From contig CAZBDV010000009.1 in the NCBI GenBank assembly GCA_964490765.1, positions 17,777-81,776 of the forward strand: 64,000 nucleotides of DNA. The letters are read 5' to 3'. The stretch's first letter is position 1. Each line of letters opens with the position of its first letter. The notes below the pieces were generated by a model, which saw only the letters and a program-made list of their open reading frames with translations, searched no databases and was not told the DNA's origin. Positions 28,712 to 37,457 of the stretch are shown piece after piece. Source of the stretch: an uncultured Candidatus Cloacimonadota bacterium. Its GTDB lineage: Bacteria > Cloacimonadota > Cloacimonadia > Cloacimonadales > JAJBBL01. The position numbers were made by a program, and so were the translations under genes.

Positions 28712-31075
28712 ATGAAATATGTTCTGATCCTCCTGCTATTGGGGAGTATATACACCCTTTATGCCGATCTTATCCCACAGCATTTTCCACCAGTAGAATT
28801 AAACAGGGGAACAGAGACCATACTACAACTCAATCTGACTGGGGAAATAGAGAGTTTAGAAGAGATAATATTCCATTACAGGGAGATAGGCAAACAGGAG
28901 TATAAGGAAGTCTCCAGGGACAGGTCAGAAATAAGAACACAGGACATCCACTTTCGCTTGCCACGCATCTATCCCCCGGCAAATGGATACGAATATTTCT
29001 TCTCTATCAGGATAATCAGTGAAACACTGACTCTCCCCGAGTATCAACCACACAACAATCCTTACAGGATTTTCATATCAACAGCAGCTCAATCGATGGG
29101 TGGTTTCATACTGCTTAATCCCGACACAAATGTCGGTGCAGATGATGACCTGGTTTTTGCTTTATCGTTTTATAATCTGGAAAAGGTAATTGACGCTTCA
29201 ACGATAAGAATCTTGAAAAACGGTATGGATATAACCAGGCTTGCAACCATCTCATCACCACTTCTCGTATATACAGAAAGCCAACCACGTGCAGGAAACT
29301 TCAGTTTTCAGGTCAAAGCTGTTACCACCGACGGCAAGCCAATAGAATCACCGATCTGGAGATACACAGTAGCATCGAAACCGACAATCATCGATCAACT
29401 CCCCTTCGATCTGAGTGGTAGTGCTGTTTTTACCTCTAATCTCCGGAATGTCTCCAGTGATAATTCTTCATCATCCCTGGATAGAGACCGCAATGATGCC
29501 AGCTTAAGGTTAAATGTCAACACCAGGCACGACTGGTTATCCTTCCGGAGCAGACTATACCTCTCTTCTCTGGAGAGTAGTTCCAAACAACCTGTGAACC
29601 GCTATTCATTTGGTTTCTCGGTTCCCTATTTCAATCTTAATCTCCTCGATTCCTCACCGAATTACGGAACCTATCTTCTGAGCAATAAAAATGTCAGAGG
29701 CATTTCAGCCGATCTGCATTATAATTACCTGAGTTTCAAGACAACCTATGGCCATCTGGCTCGAGCAGTCGATGGCAAGACGATAACGGATTCTACCTTT
29801 ACCCCTGGCACCTTCCAGCGTTATACATTTGCCAGCAAACTCGATATTGGTAGTGATAACCTCTTCAAATTCGGTATCGGTTTTGCCAAGAGCAAAGATA
29901 GAATGGATACACTCGCCGAAGAGTATTATCTCGAACGCCATATAACTGAGGCAGATACATCCACGACCGTATTGATATCCCCGAAAGATAACATTGTTGT
30001 CGGAAGTGATGTCAGGCTGGCACTCGATAATCAGAGATTCGTTATGGGTGCCGAGATCGCTACGAGTCTCTATAATAATAACATTATCGACGGTGTTATG
30101 GATCTCGACGAAATAGAAGAATACTTCGATGTCGAGCTCCCCTTTGACCCCTCGTCTGTCCATAATATTATCATTATCAACAGGAATATTGAACCGATCC
30201 TGCCTAACAGAGGAAGCATAGCATACCGGCTCTATCTCAACTGGTTTATAGCCGGAAATTTTCTCAACTTATCTTACTCGGAAGTCGGCGCCAGCTTCCG
30301 CTCTCTCTCTTCAGGGTATTTACAGAACGATGCCCGGATTATTAACCTATCCGACAATGTCAGCCTGTTCAACAATCAGCTAATACTGGATGCCGGTATC
30401 AACTTCGTCAGAGACAATCTCTCTGATCAGAAGCTGACAACAACCAGCAATACGAACTGGTATCTGCAATCGATGCTCCGTCTTCGTAACTACCCCTATA
30501 TGAGAATGGGATATAATGCCAATACTTTTACCGATGATCTCGATACACCGGTTATCGATCAATCTGCCGGCACCTTCAATATCGGTACAGGATATCAATT
30601 CGATAATCTTCCCTTTTCTACTGCCCTGGTTGATCTCAGTATGAATATCTCCAGCAACAGGGACCGGTCCCAGACCGAGATCTTCGATCTGAGCCGTAAC
30701 AGCCTGCAACTCAGTATCCACAATACAATGAGGGAGATACCACTTACCACGAGATTCAGTGTCACTAATACACAACATAAAGACAACGGATTCAACGGAT
30801 TTGATTCCCGATATTATCGCTCGTTCAGCTTGAGAAATCAGTACTCACTCTTTGAGCACAGGGTCAGGCCGTTTTTTAATATCAGATTCAATACGTTCAG
30901 TGGTGACCAGGATTCTCAATTATCCACCTTTTATGAACTGGGAACTACCTATACCCCACTACCCAGAACCACGATCAATACCAGCCTTGAGTTATCTGAT
31001 TACAACAACAGGGATTTTACGGAGAATGACTATTCCATCTTTACCTGGAAGGTTAATATAGCTCAGAGATTTTAG
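28712..31075 (+). CDS. Outer-membrane beta-barrel protein (787 aa)
   Basis: Signal peptide MKYVLILLLLGSIYTLYA. The C-terminal half has alternating amphipathic strands rich in Y/N/S/G. It ends ...WKVNIAQRF, and a terminal aromatic residue is typical of the OMP beta-signal. Confidence 0.7.
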   Translation: MKYVLILLLLGSIYTLYADLIPQHFPPVELNRGTETILQLNLTGEIESLEEIIFHYREIGKQEYKEVSRDRSEIRTQDIHFRLPRIYPPANGYEYFFSIRIISETLTLPEYQPHNNPYRIFISTAAQSMGGFILLNPDTNVGADDDLVFALSFYNLEKVIDASTIRILKNGMDITRLATISSPLLVYTESQPRAGNFSFQVKAVTTDGKPIESPIWRYTVASKPTIIDQLPFDLSGSAVFTSNLRNVSSDNSSSSLDRDRNDASLRLNVNTRHDWLSFRSRLYLSSLESSSKQPVNRYSFGFSVPYFNLNLLDSSPNYGTYLLSNKNVRGISADLHYNYLSFKTTYGHLARAVDGKTITDSTFTPGTFQRYTFASKLDIGSDNLFKFGIGFAKSKDRMDTLAEEYYLERHITEADTSTTVLISPKDNIVVGSDVRLALDNQRFVMGAEIATSLYNNNIIDGVMDLDEIEEYFDVELPFDPSSVHNIIIINRNIEPILPNRGSIAYRLYLNWFIAGNFLNLSYSEVGASFRSLSSGYLQNDARIINLSDNVSLFNNQLILDAGINFVRDNLSDQKLTTTSNTNWYLQSMLRLRNYPYMRMGYNANTFTDDLDTPVIDQSAGTFNIGTGYQFDNLPFSTALVDLSMNISSNRDRSQTEIFDLSRNSLQLSIHNTMREIPLTTRFSVTNTQHKDNGFNGFDSRYYRSFSLRNQYSLFEHRVRPFFNIRFNTFSGDQDSQLSTFYELGTTYTPLPRTTINTSLELSDYNNRDFTENDYSIFTWKVNIAQRF

Positions 31076-31107
31076 TTAAATTATCGAAGGTTCTGAGGGG
31101 GATAAAT

Positions 31108-32994
31108 ATGTTTAAGAAACACCTGCATCTGCTAATCATACCAGTAGTCCTCTTTATTCTGGCTCAGATTGTCTTTCAGACCAACTTCTGGCACTATCTG
31201 GAATACAAGGCTTATGATACCTTCTTTCGAATGAGAGGTGAAAGGCCGATTTCTGATGATATAGTTATTATTGCAATCGATGATGCCACTTTCAGTTCAC
31301 TCGATATGAGATGGCCATTCCCCCGTGACCTTTATGCCCGTATGATCAGGAATCTCCAGCGTGCAGGAGCCAGGCAGATCGTATTCGATATTAGCTTTAC
31401 CGAAGCTTCTGATCCCATCATCGATGAAGAACTCATTACTGCAGCCAGCGAATTCGGCAACGTTATCTTTGCCGGTAAGATGATCCACGATATCAGATCC
31501 TTCTACGAGGTAACACAACTGATCAAACCGATCCCGCAAATCAGAGAAGAGGGATTTAACTGGGGCCTTGTCAATATCAGCCCCGATATCGATGGCTTCA
31601 TCAGGCGGTATACCCTCTTTGAGGAATATGGTAACGAACTCTACTTTCCTATTGGTATAATATCTCTGGCTAATCTCGAAGAATATCGACCGGATTGGCC
31701 TTCGTTTATCAGGATAGATAAGGACAAACTCCTTCTTAAAGAGCATAGAATCCCGAGAATCGATCATAATCGGGCTCTGATTCAATATTACGGCCCACCC
31801 AAAACCTTTGAACATTATTCATTCTCCAGTGTTATTGACGATAGCACATATTTTCTGCCCGGTATTGAAACCTTAGATTTTGAGATAAATGAATTCTACC
31901 ACCTGCTGGAACGAGATGTTTTCAAGGATAAAATCGTCCTGGTCGGTGCTACCGTAGATGAATTACACGATGTTTTCCAGTCACCTTTCACATCACAGCG
32001 ATTGATGCCGGGAGTAGAGATTCATGCTAACTTTATCGAAATGGTCAGACAAAACGACTATCTGAATGAATTTTCTCACTTCTGGACTTTCTTCCTCATT
32101 CTCTTTATCTCACTGGTCTGTTACTTCATCTTTACCCATCTTAAACCGATATTCTCGCTATTCATTACCCTACTCTTCTCTTTTGCTTATCTCTTCCTTG
32201 CCTTCTCCTATTTCGTTAATAATAACCTGCTGTTCGCTATTATTCCCATACCGTTCATTATCATCTTAGTCTATCTCAGCAGCCTGGTCTTTCATTACAT
32301 TAAGGCCAGTAAAGAACGGAAATTCATCAAAAAGACATTCATGCACTACATGGCTCCGGAACTGGTCAACCAGCTGCTAAAAAGTCCTAAAACACTCAAA
32401 TATGGTGGTGACCTGCAAGAAATTACCGTCCTCTTCTCCGATATCCGCTCCTTCACTGAATATACAGAAAAACATTCACCACAGGCAACCGTCGGGATCC
32501 TTCAGGAATATCTCACAGAAATGGTTGATATTATCATACAGAACCGTGGTATCGTCGATAAATTTGTCGGGGACGAAATTATGGCCCTCTATGGTACTCC
32601 GGTCAAGCTGGAAAACTCCGCCCTTGCCGCCTGTAAGACTGCCATCGAGATGCGGATCAGGCTGAACGAATTACAGAAAAAATGGAAGAACGAAGGAAAG
32701 GATGTGTTCGATACCGGTATTGGAATCAATACCGGACCAGCTGTAGTCGGGAATCTCGGCTCTCAACAGATCTTTGACTATACTGCTATTGGAGATACTG
32801 TCAATCTCGGTGCCCGATTGGAGAATATCAATAAAGAATACGAGACGCAGAATAAGATCATCATCAGCGAACATACATTGAAAAAGGTAGAACAATTCGT
32901 TGAGGCTAAATTCCTCGATGAGGTTAAGGTGAAAGGAAAGGACATTTCTGTCAAAATCTACGAACTCATAAATATCAGGGTAACCCCTGAGTAG
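31108..32994 (+). CDS. CHASE2 sensor-domain class III adenylate cyclase
   Basis: N-terminal TM helix. CHASE2 motifs (IDDATFSSLDMRWPFPRDLYARMIRNLQRAGARQIVFDISF; VGATVDELHDVFQSPF...MPGVEIHAN). TM bundle. Cyclase core has ITVLFSDIRSFT, DKFVGDEIMALYG, FDYTAIGDTVNLGARLE. The Lys/Asp specificity pair and Asn/Arg transition-state residues are present. Confidence 0.9.
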   Translation: MFKKHLHLLIIPVVLFILAQIVFQTNFWHYLEYKAYDTFFRMRGERPISDDIVIIAIDDATFSSLDMRWPFPRDLYARMIRNLQRAGARQIVFDISFTEASDPIIDEELITAASEFGNVIFAGKMIHDIRSFYEVTQLIKPIPQIREEGFNWGLVNISPDIDGFIRRYTLFEEYGNELYFPIGIISLANLEEYRPDWPSFIRIDKDKLLLKEHRIPRIDHNRALIQYYGPPKTFEHYSFSSVIDDSTYFLPGIETLDFEINEFYHLLERDVFKDKIVLVGATVDELHDVFQSPFTSQRLMPGVEIHANFIEMVRQNDYLNEFSHFWTFFLILFISLVCYFIFTHLKPIFSLFITLLFSFAYLFLAFSYFVNNNLLFAIIPIPFIIILVYLSSLVFHYIKASKERKFIKKTFMHYMAPELVNQLLKSPKTLKYGGDLQEITVLFSDIRSFTEYTEKHSPQATVGILQEYLTEMVDIIIQNRGIVDKFVGDEIMALYGTPVKLENSALAACKTAIEMRIRLNELQKKWKNEGKDVFDTGIGINTGPAVVGNLGSQQIFDYTAIGDTVNLGARLENINKEYETQNKIIISEHTLKKVEQFVEAKFLDEVKVKGKDISVKIYELINIRVTPE

Positions 32995-33183
32995 CACAGG
33001 AGCCGGATAGGGCCGACTCGTAGCTTCCTCATAGTTAAGACTTATATTACCTCTTTCGGGATTATCGGGTTAAGAATTCCTGTATCTCTTTATTTTATAG
33101 CTTCACAAATCTGAGGAAACAACAGAGATTTAGTGGCTCCATTTTATGACTGCAAAACTTCTCTTCCCTGATTCTGAAAAGAC

Positions 33184-33212
33184 TTGACATAAAACACACC
33201 CCTAATATTAAT
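33184..33212 (+). promoter_or_regulatory. Candidate sigma-70-type promoter of the DUF134/ORP-like operon
   Basis: TTGACA at 33184-33189. TATTAA follows after a 16-nt spacer, or ATTAAT after 17 nt. A GAACATAAGTTC palindrome lies at 33214-33225. Confidence 0.35.
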
Positions 33213-33262
33213 TGAACATAAGTTCTATTGAGTGAACAAATAATTCGTTCATCGAGGTGAAG

Positions 33263-33709
33263 ATGTCGAGAGCCAAAGTGCTGAGAAAATTAAACGAATT
33301 GCCTGTAGTCAAGGGGTTCAGGCCTTTATGGATGCGACGCAACTATCGTCAGGCGGTAACGATGTGTCTGGAAGAGTATGAGGTATTTCGCCTGATAGAT
33401 TATGAAGGATTAACGCACGAGCAGGCTGCTGAGGAGATGAACGTATCACGCTCAACAGTAACCCGTATCTATGAACAGGCGAGAAAAAAGTTAGCCCGGG
33501 CTCTTGTTGAGGGTCGCAGCTTTTTCATAGAAGGGGGTGAGATACAGCTTTCCGGATCACACTATCTCTGTGAGAAATGCTGGCACAAATTCGTTTATGA
33601 GAAGGAGAACCCCGGCAAGCCAGTTTGTCCACTCTGTGGTTCGGAGCAGGTAATAGATCTCAGTGAATGCTTTATACGAGGTTGTCATCGTTGTCGTCGA
33701 TGCAGATAG
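33263..33709 (+). CDS. DUF134 (UPF0251) HTH protein with C-terminal zinc ribbon
   Basis: DUF134 core (FRPLWMRR...VTMCLEEYEVFRLIDYEGLTHEQAAEEMNVSRSTVTRIYEQARKKLARALVEGRSFFIEGG), then CEKC...CPLCGS. ATG at 33263 has a GAGG RBS. The track start at 33257 is GTG. Confidence 0.8.
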   Translation: MSRAKVLRKLNELPVVKGFRPLWMRRNYRQAVTMCLEEYEVFRLIDYEGLTHEQAAEEMNVSRSTVTRIYEQARKKLARALVEGRSFFIEGGEIQLSGSHYLCEKCWHKFVYEKENPGKPVCPLCGSEQVIDLSECFIRGCHRCRRCR

Positions 33710-33727
33710 ATGATATCAGGAGGTAAT

Positions 33728-34066
33728 ATGACAGAGAAGGTAGCAATACCGATTAGTAATGGGACGTTGAGTACTCATTTTGGACATACTGAACAGTATG
33801 TCATATACACTATTAGTGAGGGTAAAGTCACAGGGACCGAATATGCGATTCCTCCACCACACGAATACGGTTCACATCCCAGGTTCCTCAGAGAGATCGG
33901 CAGTAATGTGGTAATTGCTTCGGGGATGGGTCATAAAGCTATTGCATTATTCAATGATTTTGGGATCAAGGCGATAATCGGAATAGAAACACTTACCCCG
34001 GATATCATCATAGAGAGATACATACAGGGGAGATTACAATCGGGGAACAACAGGTGTGATCACTGA
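33728..34066 (+). CDS. NifX/NifB-like (dinitrogenase FeMo-cofactor-binding fold, orange-protein-like) protein
   Basis: KVAIPISNGTLSTHFGHTEQYVIY...VVIASGMGHKAIALFNDFGIKAI matches the Nitro_FeMo-Co fold pattern. GGAGG RBS before the ATG at 33728. Confidence 0.75.
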   Translation: MTEKVAIPISNGTLSTHFGHTEQYVIYTISEGKVTGTEYAIPPPHEYGSHPRFLREIGSNVVIASGMGHKAIALFNDFGIKAIIGIETLTPDIIIERYIQGRLQSGNNRCDH

Positions 34067-34935
34067 TGAGAATAGCAATAGCCAGTGGTAAAGGTGGTAC
34101 GGGCAAGACTACCCTGTCGGTCAATCTGGCAAAATACTCCTCACTGCACCATAGGACTCTGTTAGCAGACCTCGATGTAGAAGAACCGAACAGTGGAGTT
34201 TTCATCCGGGGTAAAAAGCTGGCCGAGCAGGAGGTTTTCCGTATGGTTCCTTTTTGGGAAGAGAAGAAATGTACACTGTGTGGAAAATGTCCGTACTACT
34301 GCAGATTTAATGCTGTTTTAAGATTAGGAGAGAAGATCGTCATAATGCCAGAACTCTGCCACTCCTGTTATGCCTGCAGTGAGCTCTGTCCTGTTAATGC
34401 CCTACCTATGGTTGCCGATCCGCACGGGATTATAAGTCACTATCTCAGCGATTCGCTCGATTTTGTCGAGGGGAGATTACATATCGGGGAAGAGCAGGCA
34501 CCCCCGTTGATAAAGGAGACAGTCAAGTATACAGACAATTTACGTCCAGCTTTTGAAATGGAGTTCTGGGATTCACCCCCCGGAACCTCCTGTCCCGTGA
34601 TCACAGCAACCTACGGTGCAGATCTGGTAATTCTCGTAACAGAGCCGACCCCATTTGGTCTTTACGATCTGCAACTGGCAGCGGAGACGATGAGGAAGAT
34701 CGGGAAGCAGACGGCGATAGTTGTTAACCGTATTGGGATAGGTAATGATGATGTATTCAAATACTGTGCAGAGCAGGGTCTGTCAGTCTGGGCTACTATC
34801 CCTGACAGGAGAGAGATAGCAGAGCTCTATTCCAGGGGAGAATTGATCTATCCAGAGATAGAAGAATACAGGAAGGCCATAGATGTTATCCTGCAAAGGA
34901 TAAAAGATATTGAGGGTCAATTATGCGAGAAATAG
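34066..34935 (+). CDS. MinD-superfamily P-loop ATPase with inserted 2x[4Fe-4S] ferredoxin domain
   Basis: Deviant Walker A IASGKGGTGKTT. Two ferredoxin Cys motifs, CTLCGKCPYYC and CHSCYACSELCP. Confidence 0.85.
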   Translation: MRIAIASGKGGTGKTTLSVNLAKYSSLHHRTLLADLDVEEPNSGVFIRGKKLAEQEVFRMVPFWEEKKCTLCGKCPYYCRFNAVLRLGEKIVIMPELCHSCYACSELCPVNALPMVADPHGIISHYLSDSLDFVEGRLHIGEEQAPPLIKETVKYTDNLRPAFEMEFWDSPPGTSCPVITATYGADLVILVTEPTPFGLYDLQLAAETMRKIGKQTAIVVNRIGIGNDDVFKYCAEQGLSVWATIPDRREIAELYSRGELIYPEIEEYRKAIDVILQRIKDIEGQLCEK

Positions 34936-35789
34936 TAATAATCTCGGGTAAGGGTGGAACCGGCAAGACTTCTGTAGCAGCATCGCTCGCCTTTATTACC
35001 GGTGAGAGAGCAGTAATGGGTGACTGTGATGTTGATGCAGCAGATCTTCATCTTATTCTGGATCCGGATATTTTAGAGAGAGATGATTTCTTCAGTGGAG
35101 TAAAAGCAGAAATCGACCAGAATACTTGTAACGGTTGCGGAAAGTGTCACGAGGTTTGCCGTTTCGATGCTGTTCTCATTGCAGGATCTACCTGTCGGAT
35201 CGAACCGTTAAAATGTGAAGGTTGCGGATATTGCAGTTATGTATGCCCGGTTGATGCCATAGATCTGAAAGAACAGAATATAGGGGAATGTTATATCTCC
35301 CGAACCAGAGCAGGATCTTATATGGCCCATTCCCGTCTCGGTATAGGTGCTGATAATTCTGGCAAGCTCGTCACCAGGGTGAAAAGGGATGCCCGTTCGT
35401 TAGCTGAAAAAACCAAAAACGACTATATCATTATCGACGGTTCACCCGGAATTGGCTGCCCAGTGATTGCGTCTCTTTCCGGAGCTGATTTTGCCCTGAT
35501 GGTAACTGAACCTACAAGATCGGGAATACACGATCTGCAACGGGTATGGGAATTGAGCCGGAATTTCAAGATTCCAACAGGTTGCCTGATCAACAAGAAT
35601 GACCTGAACCATCAGATGAGCAAAGAGATAGAAACCTATTTGCATAATAATGGAATCCGGTTTTTAGGTGCTATACCTTATGACACAGATTTTCATAAAG
35701 CACTAAGTCGGGGCCAGAGTGTAATCGAATATAATCCAGAGCGCTGGAAACCCTTTTTCCGTGAGCTCTGGAACAAAATCAGAGAATGA
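34923..35789 (+). CDS. MinD-superfamily P-loop ATPase with inserted 2x[4Fe-4S] ferredoxin domain (paralog)
   Basis: ISGKGGTGKTS. Ferredoxin motifs CNGCGKCHEVC and CEGCGYCSYVCP. Overlaps the upstream paralog by 13 nt. Confidence 0.85.
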   Translation: MREIVIISGKGGTGKTSVAASLAFITGERAVMGDCDVDAADLHLILDPDILERDDFFSGVKAEIDQNTCNGCGKCHEVCRFDAVLIAGSTCRIEPLKCEGCGYCSYVCPVDAIDLKEQNIGECYISRTRAGSYMAHSRLGIGADNSGKLVTRVKRDARSLAEKTKNDYIIIDGSPGIGCPVIASLSGADFALMVTEPTRSGIHDLQRVWELSRNFKIPTGCLINKNDLNHQMSKEIETYLHNNGIRFLGAIPYDTDFHKALSRGQSVIEYNPERWKPFFRELWNKIRE

Positions 35790-35802
35790 GAGGAGTAGTT
35801 TT

Positions 35803-36135
35803 ATGAAAATAGCATTTACCAGCAGTGGAACCGATTGGGATGCTCAAATAGATCCCCGATTCGGTAGAACCGATTATTTATTACTCTACGATGAGGATAG
35901 TGACAAGCTATCTGCTCATGATAATCGTGAAATTCATAATGTAGGACATGGAGCAGGGCCGAAAACAGCCGAGAAACTCTATACATTGAAACCTGATGTT
36001 CTTATAACCGGCAACGGACCGGGAGGTAATGCCCAGAACATCCTCAGTCGTATGAATGTACAGATCTATACTGGTGCCAGCGGAATGACAATCCGTGAGG
36101 CATATCAGGCTTATAAAGATAACAAACTAAGATAA
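35803..36135 (+). CDS. NifX/NifB-like (orange-protein-like) protein
   Basis: MKIAFTSSGTDWDAQIDPRFGRTDYLLLYD...VLITGNGPGGNAQNIL. GAGAGGAG RBS before the ATG at 35803. The track start at 35761 is GTG and lies inside the upstream gene. Confidence 0.75.
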   Translation: MKIAFTSSGTDWDAQIDPRFGRTDYLLLYDEDSDKLSAHDNREIHNVGHGAGPKTAEKLYTLKPDVLITGNGPGGNAQNILSRMNVQIYTGASGMTIREAYQAYKDNKLR

Positions 36136-36145
36136 GGAGGTAACA

Positions 36146-36427
36146 ATGCCAGGATTTGATGGATCAGGACCTTATGGTGATGGAAGACCCGGGAGGGGTT
36201 TAGGCCCCTGCGGGAGATTCAGAAGCTACTTCGGTTATGGAAGAGGACGTGGAAACTACGATTATCCACCAATGAGACGCCGAAGGAATTTCTTTGATTT
36301 CATCAGGCCGATATTCGGTGGCTATGATGATGATGAAGGTTACGATCTCAAGAATCGTAAGAAAGAACTCGAGCAGGAGCTCGATATGATCAACAACCAA
36401 CTAAAGAGTAAGGGCTCAGAGAAGTAA
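36146..36427 (+). CDS. DUF5320 family protein
   Basis: Gly/Arg-rich N-terminus (MPGFDGSGPYGDGRPGRGLGPCG) and C-terminal coiled coil (KNRKKELEQELDMINNQLK), as I recall for DUF5320. Confidence 0.7.
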   Translation: MPGFDGSGPYGDGRPGRGLGPCGRFRSYFGYGRGRGNYDYPPMRRRRNFFDFIRPIFGGYDDDEGYDLKNRKKELEQELDMINNQLKSKGSEK

Positions 36428-36429
36428 AT

Positions 36430-37263
36430 ATGCAGGATAACGAAAAGAAAGATGCACAATTGAAAGCCAATCTGGCCCGCATCAGACACAGAATAATTGT
36501 GATGAGTGGCAAAGGTGGGGTTGGCAAGAGCTTCATAGCAGCCAACCTCGCTTTTGGTCTGGCTCTGGAGGGGAAGAGGGTCGGCATCCTTGATGCTGAT
36601 ATCCACGGCCCTTCCATTGCCAAACTGACTAATATTGAAGGGAAACCGATACAGATTCACCCCGAGACCGGCATCCCAACCCCAATAAAGGTATTCTCCA
36701 ATCTCTACGCCCTCTCTGTTGCCTCATTGATTAACTCAGACGATAGTGCTCTGATCTGGAGAGGACCACTGAAGATGGCTCTTCTCAGGCAGTTCCTGAC
36801 GGACTTCCAGTGGGAAGAGCTCGATTACCTGGTGGTTGACTGTCCACCCGGAACAGGAGATGAACCGCTCAGTATTATCCAGCTTCTAGAACGTGTAGAT
36901 GGAGCAATCATAGTAACAACACCTCAGGATCTGGCTATACTGGATGTCAAGAAATCGGTTAATTTCGCTCAAAAGATGGAGATCGATATACTCGGAATTA
37001 TAGAAAATATGAAGTATTTCCGCTGCCCCAATTGTTCTACTAAGACACCACTCTTCGAGGGTAAGCAACTGGCAAAACTGGTCTCGGACCATTCTCTCGA
37101 TATACTGGCGGAATTGGAATTCGATCCCCTGATAGCCACCTCTTCTGATGAGGGGAAACCGTATATCTACCACTATAATCACCTCCCCTCTGCCCAGGCA
37201 TTAAAAAAAGCAGTCACACAAATCATCGAAGCAGTGGAAGGAGAGCATATAGCAGCCAAATAG
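36430..37263 (+). CDS. Mrp/NBP35 (ApbC) family Fe-S cluster carrier ATPase
   Basis: VMSGKGGVGKS, DCPPGTGDE, and the CPNC motif (FRCPNCSTKTPLF). Confidence 0.88.
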   Translation: MQDNEKKDAQLKANLARIRHRIIVMSGKGGVGKSFIAANLAFGLALEGKRVGILDADIHGPSIAKLTNIEGKPIQIHPETGIPTPIKVFSNLYALSVASLINSDDSALIWRGPLKMALLRQFLTDFQWEELDYLVVDCPPGTGDEPLSIIQLLERVDGAIIVTTPQDLAILDVKKSVNFAQKMEIDILGIIENMKYFRCPNCSTKTPLFEGKQLAKLVSDHSLDILAELEFDPLIATSSDEGKPYIYHYNHLPSAQALKKAVTQIIEAVEGEHIAAK

Positions 37264-37337
37264 TTAAATGCTGTAGAGAATAACTTATAAACTCCGCTGC
37301 AGTTTGATTCTGTTTTGATGCTCAAAACTGTATCACA

Positions 37338-37368
37338 CTCGCAGGTTACCAGCCTGCGGGTGTTTTTT
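37338..37368 (+). terminator. Rho-independent terminator of the ORP-like operon
   Basis: 8-bp stem with one G-U pair, ctcgcagg/cctgcggg (37338-37345 / 37353-37360), 7-nt loop, then TGTTTTTTG. Confidence 0.7.
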
Positions 37369-37457
37369 GTAGCGGGACAAATATATTGACAGAGGGACTA
37401 TGTTCCTTCATTAGAACTTTCGGGTCATAAATATAAAGAGAGTAGTGGAGAATCGAT

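Noticed and set aside
33214-33225. GAACATAAGTTC (GAAC-N4-GTTC), which resembles a Gram-positive-type LexA/SOS (Cheo) box
   Set aside because: A pattern with 8 specified positions is expected roughly once per 64 kb by chance. Nothing SOS-related lies downstream. It is more economically read as a possible operator for the adjacent DUF134 regulator, and a second GAAC...GTTC pair lies at 33234-33250. Kept only as a note under the ORP-like cluster.
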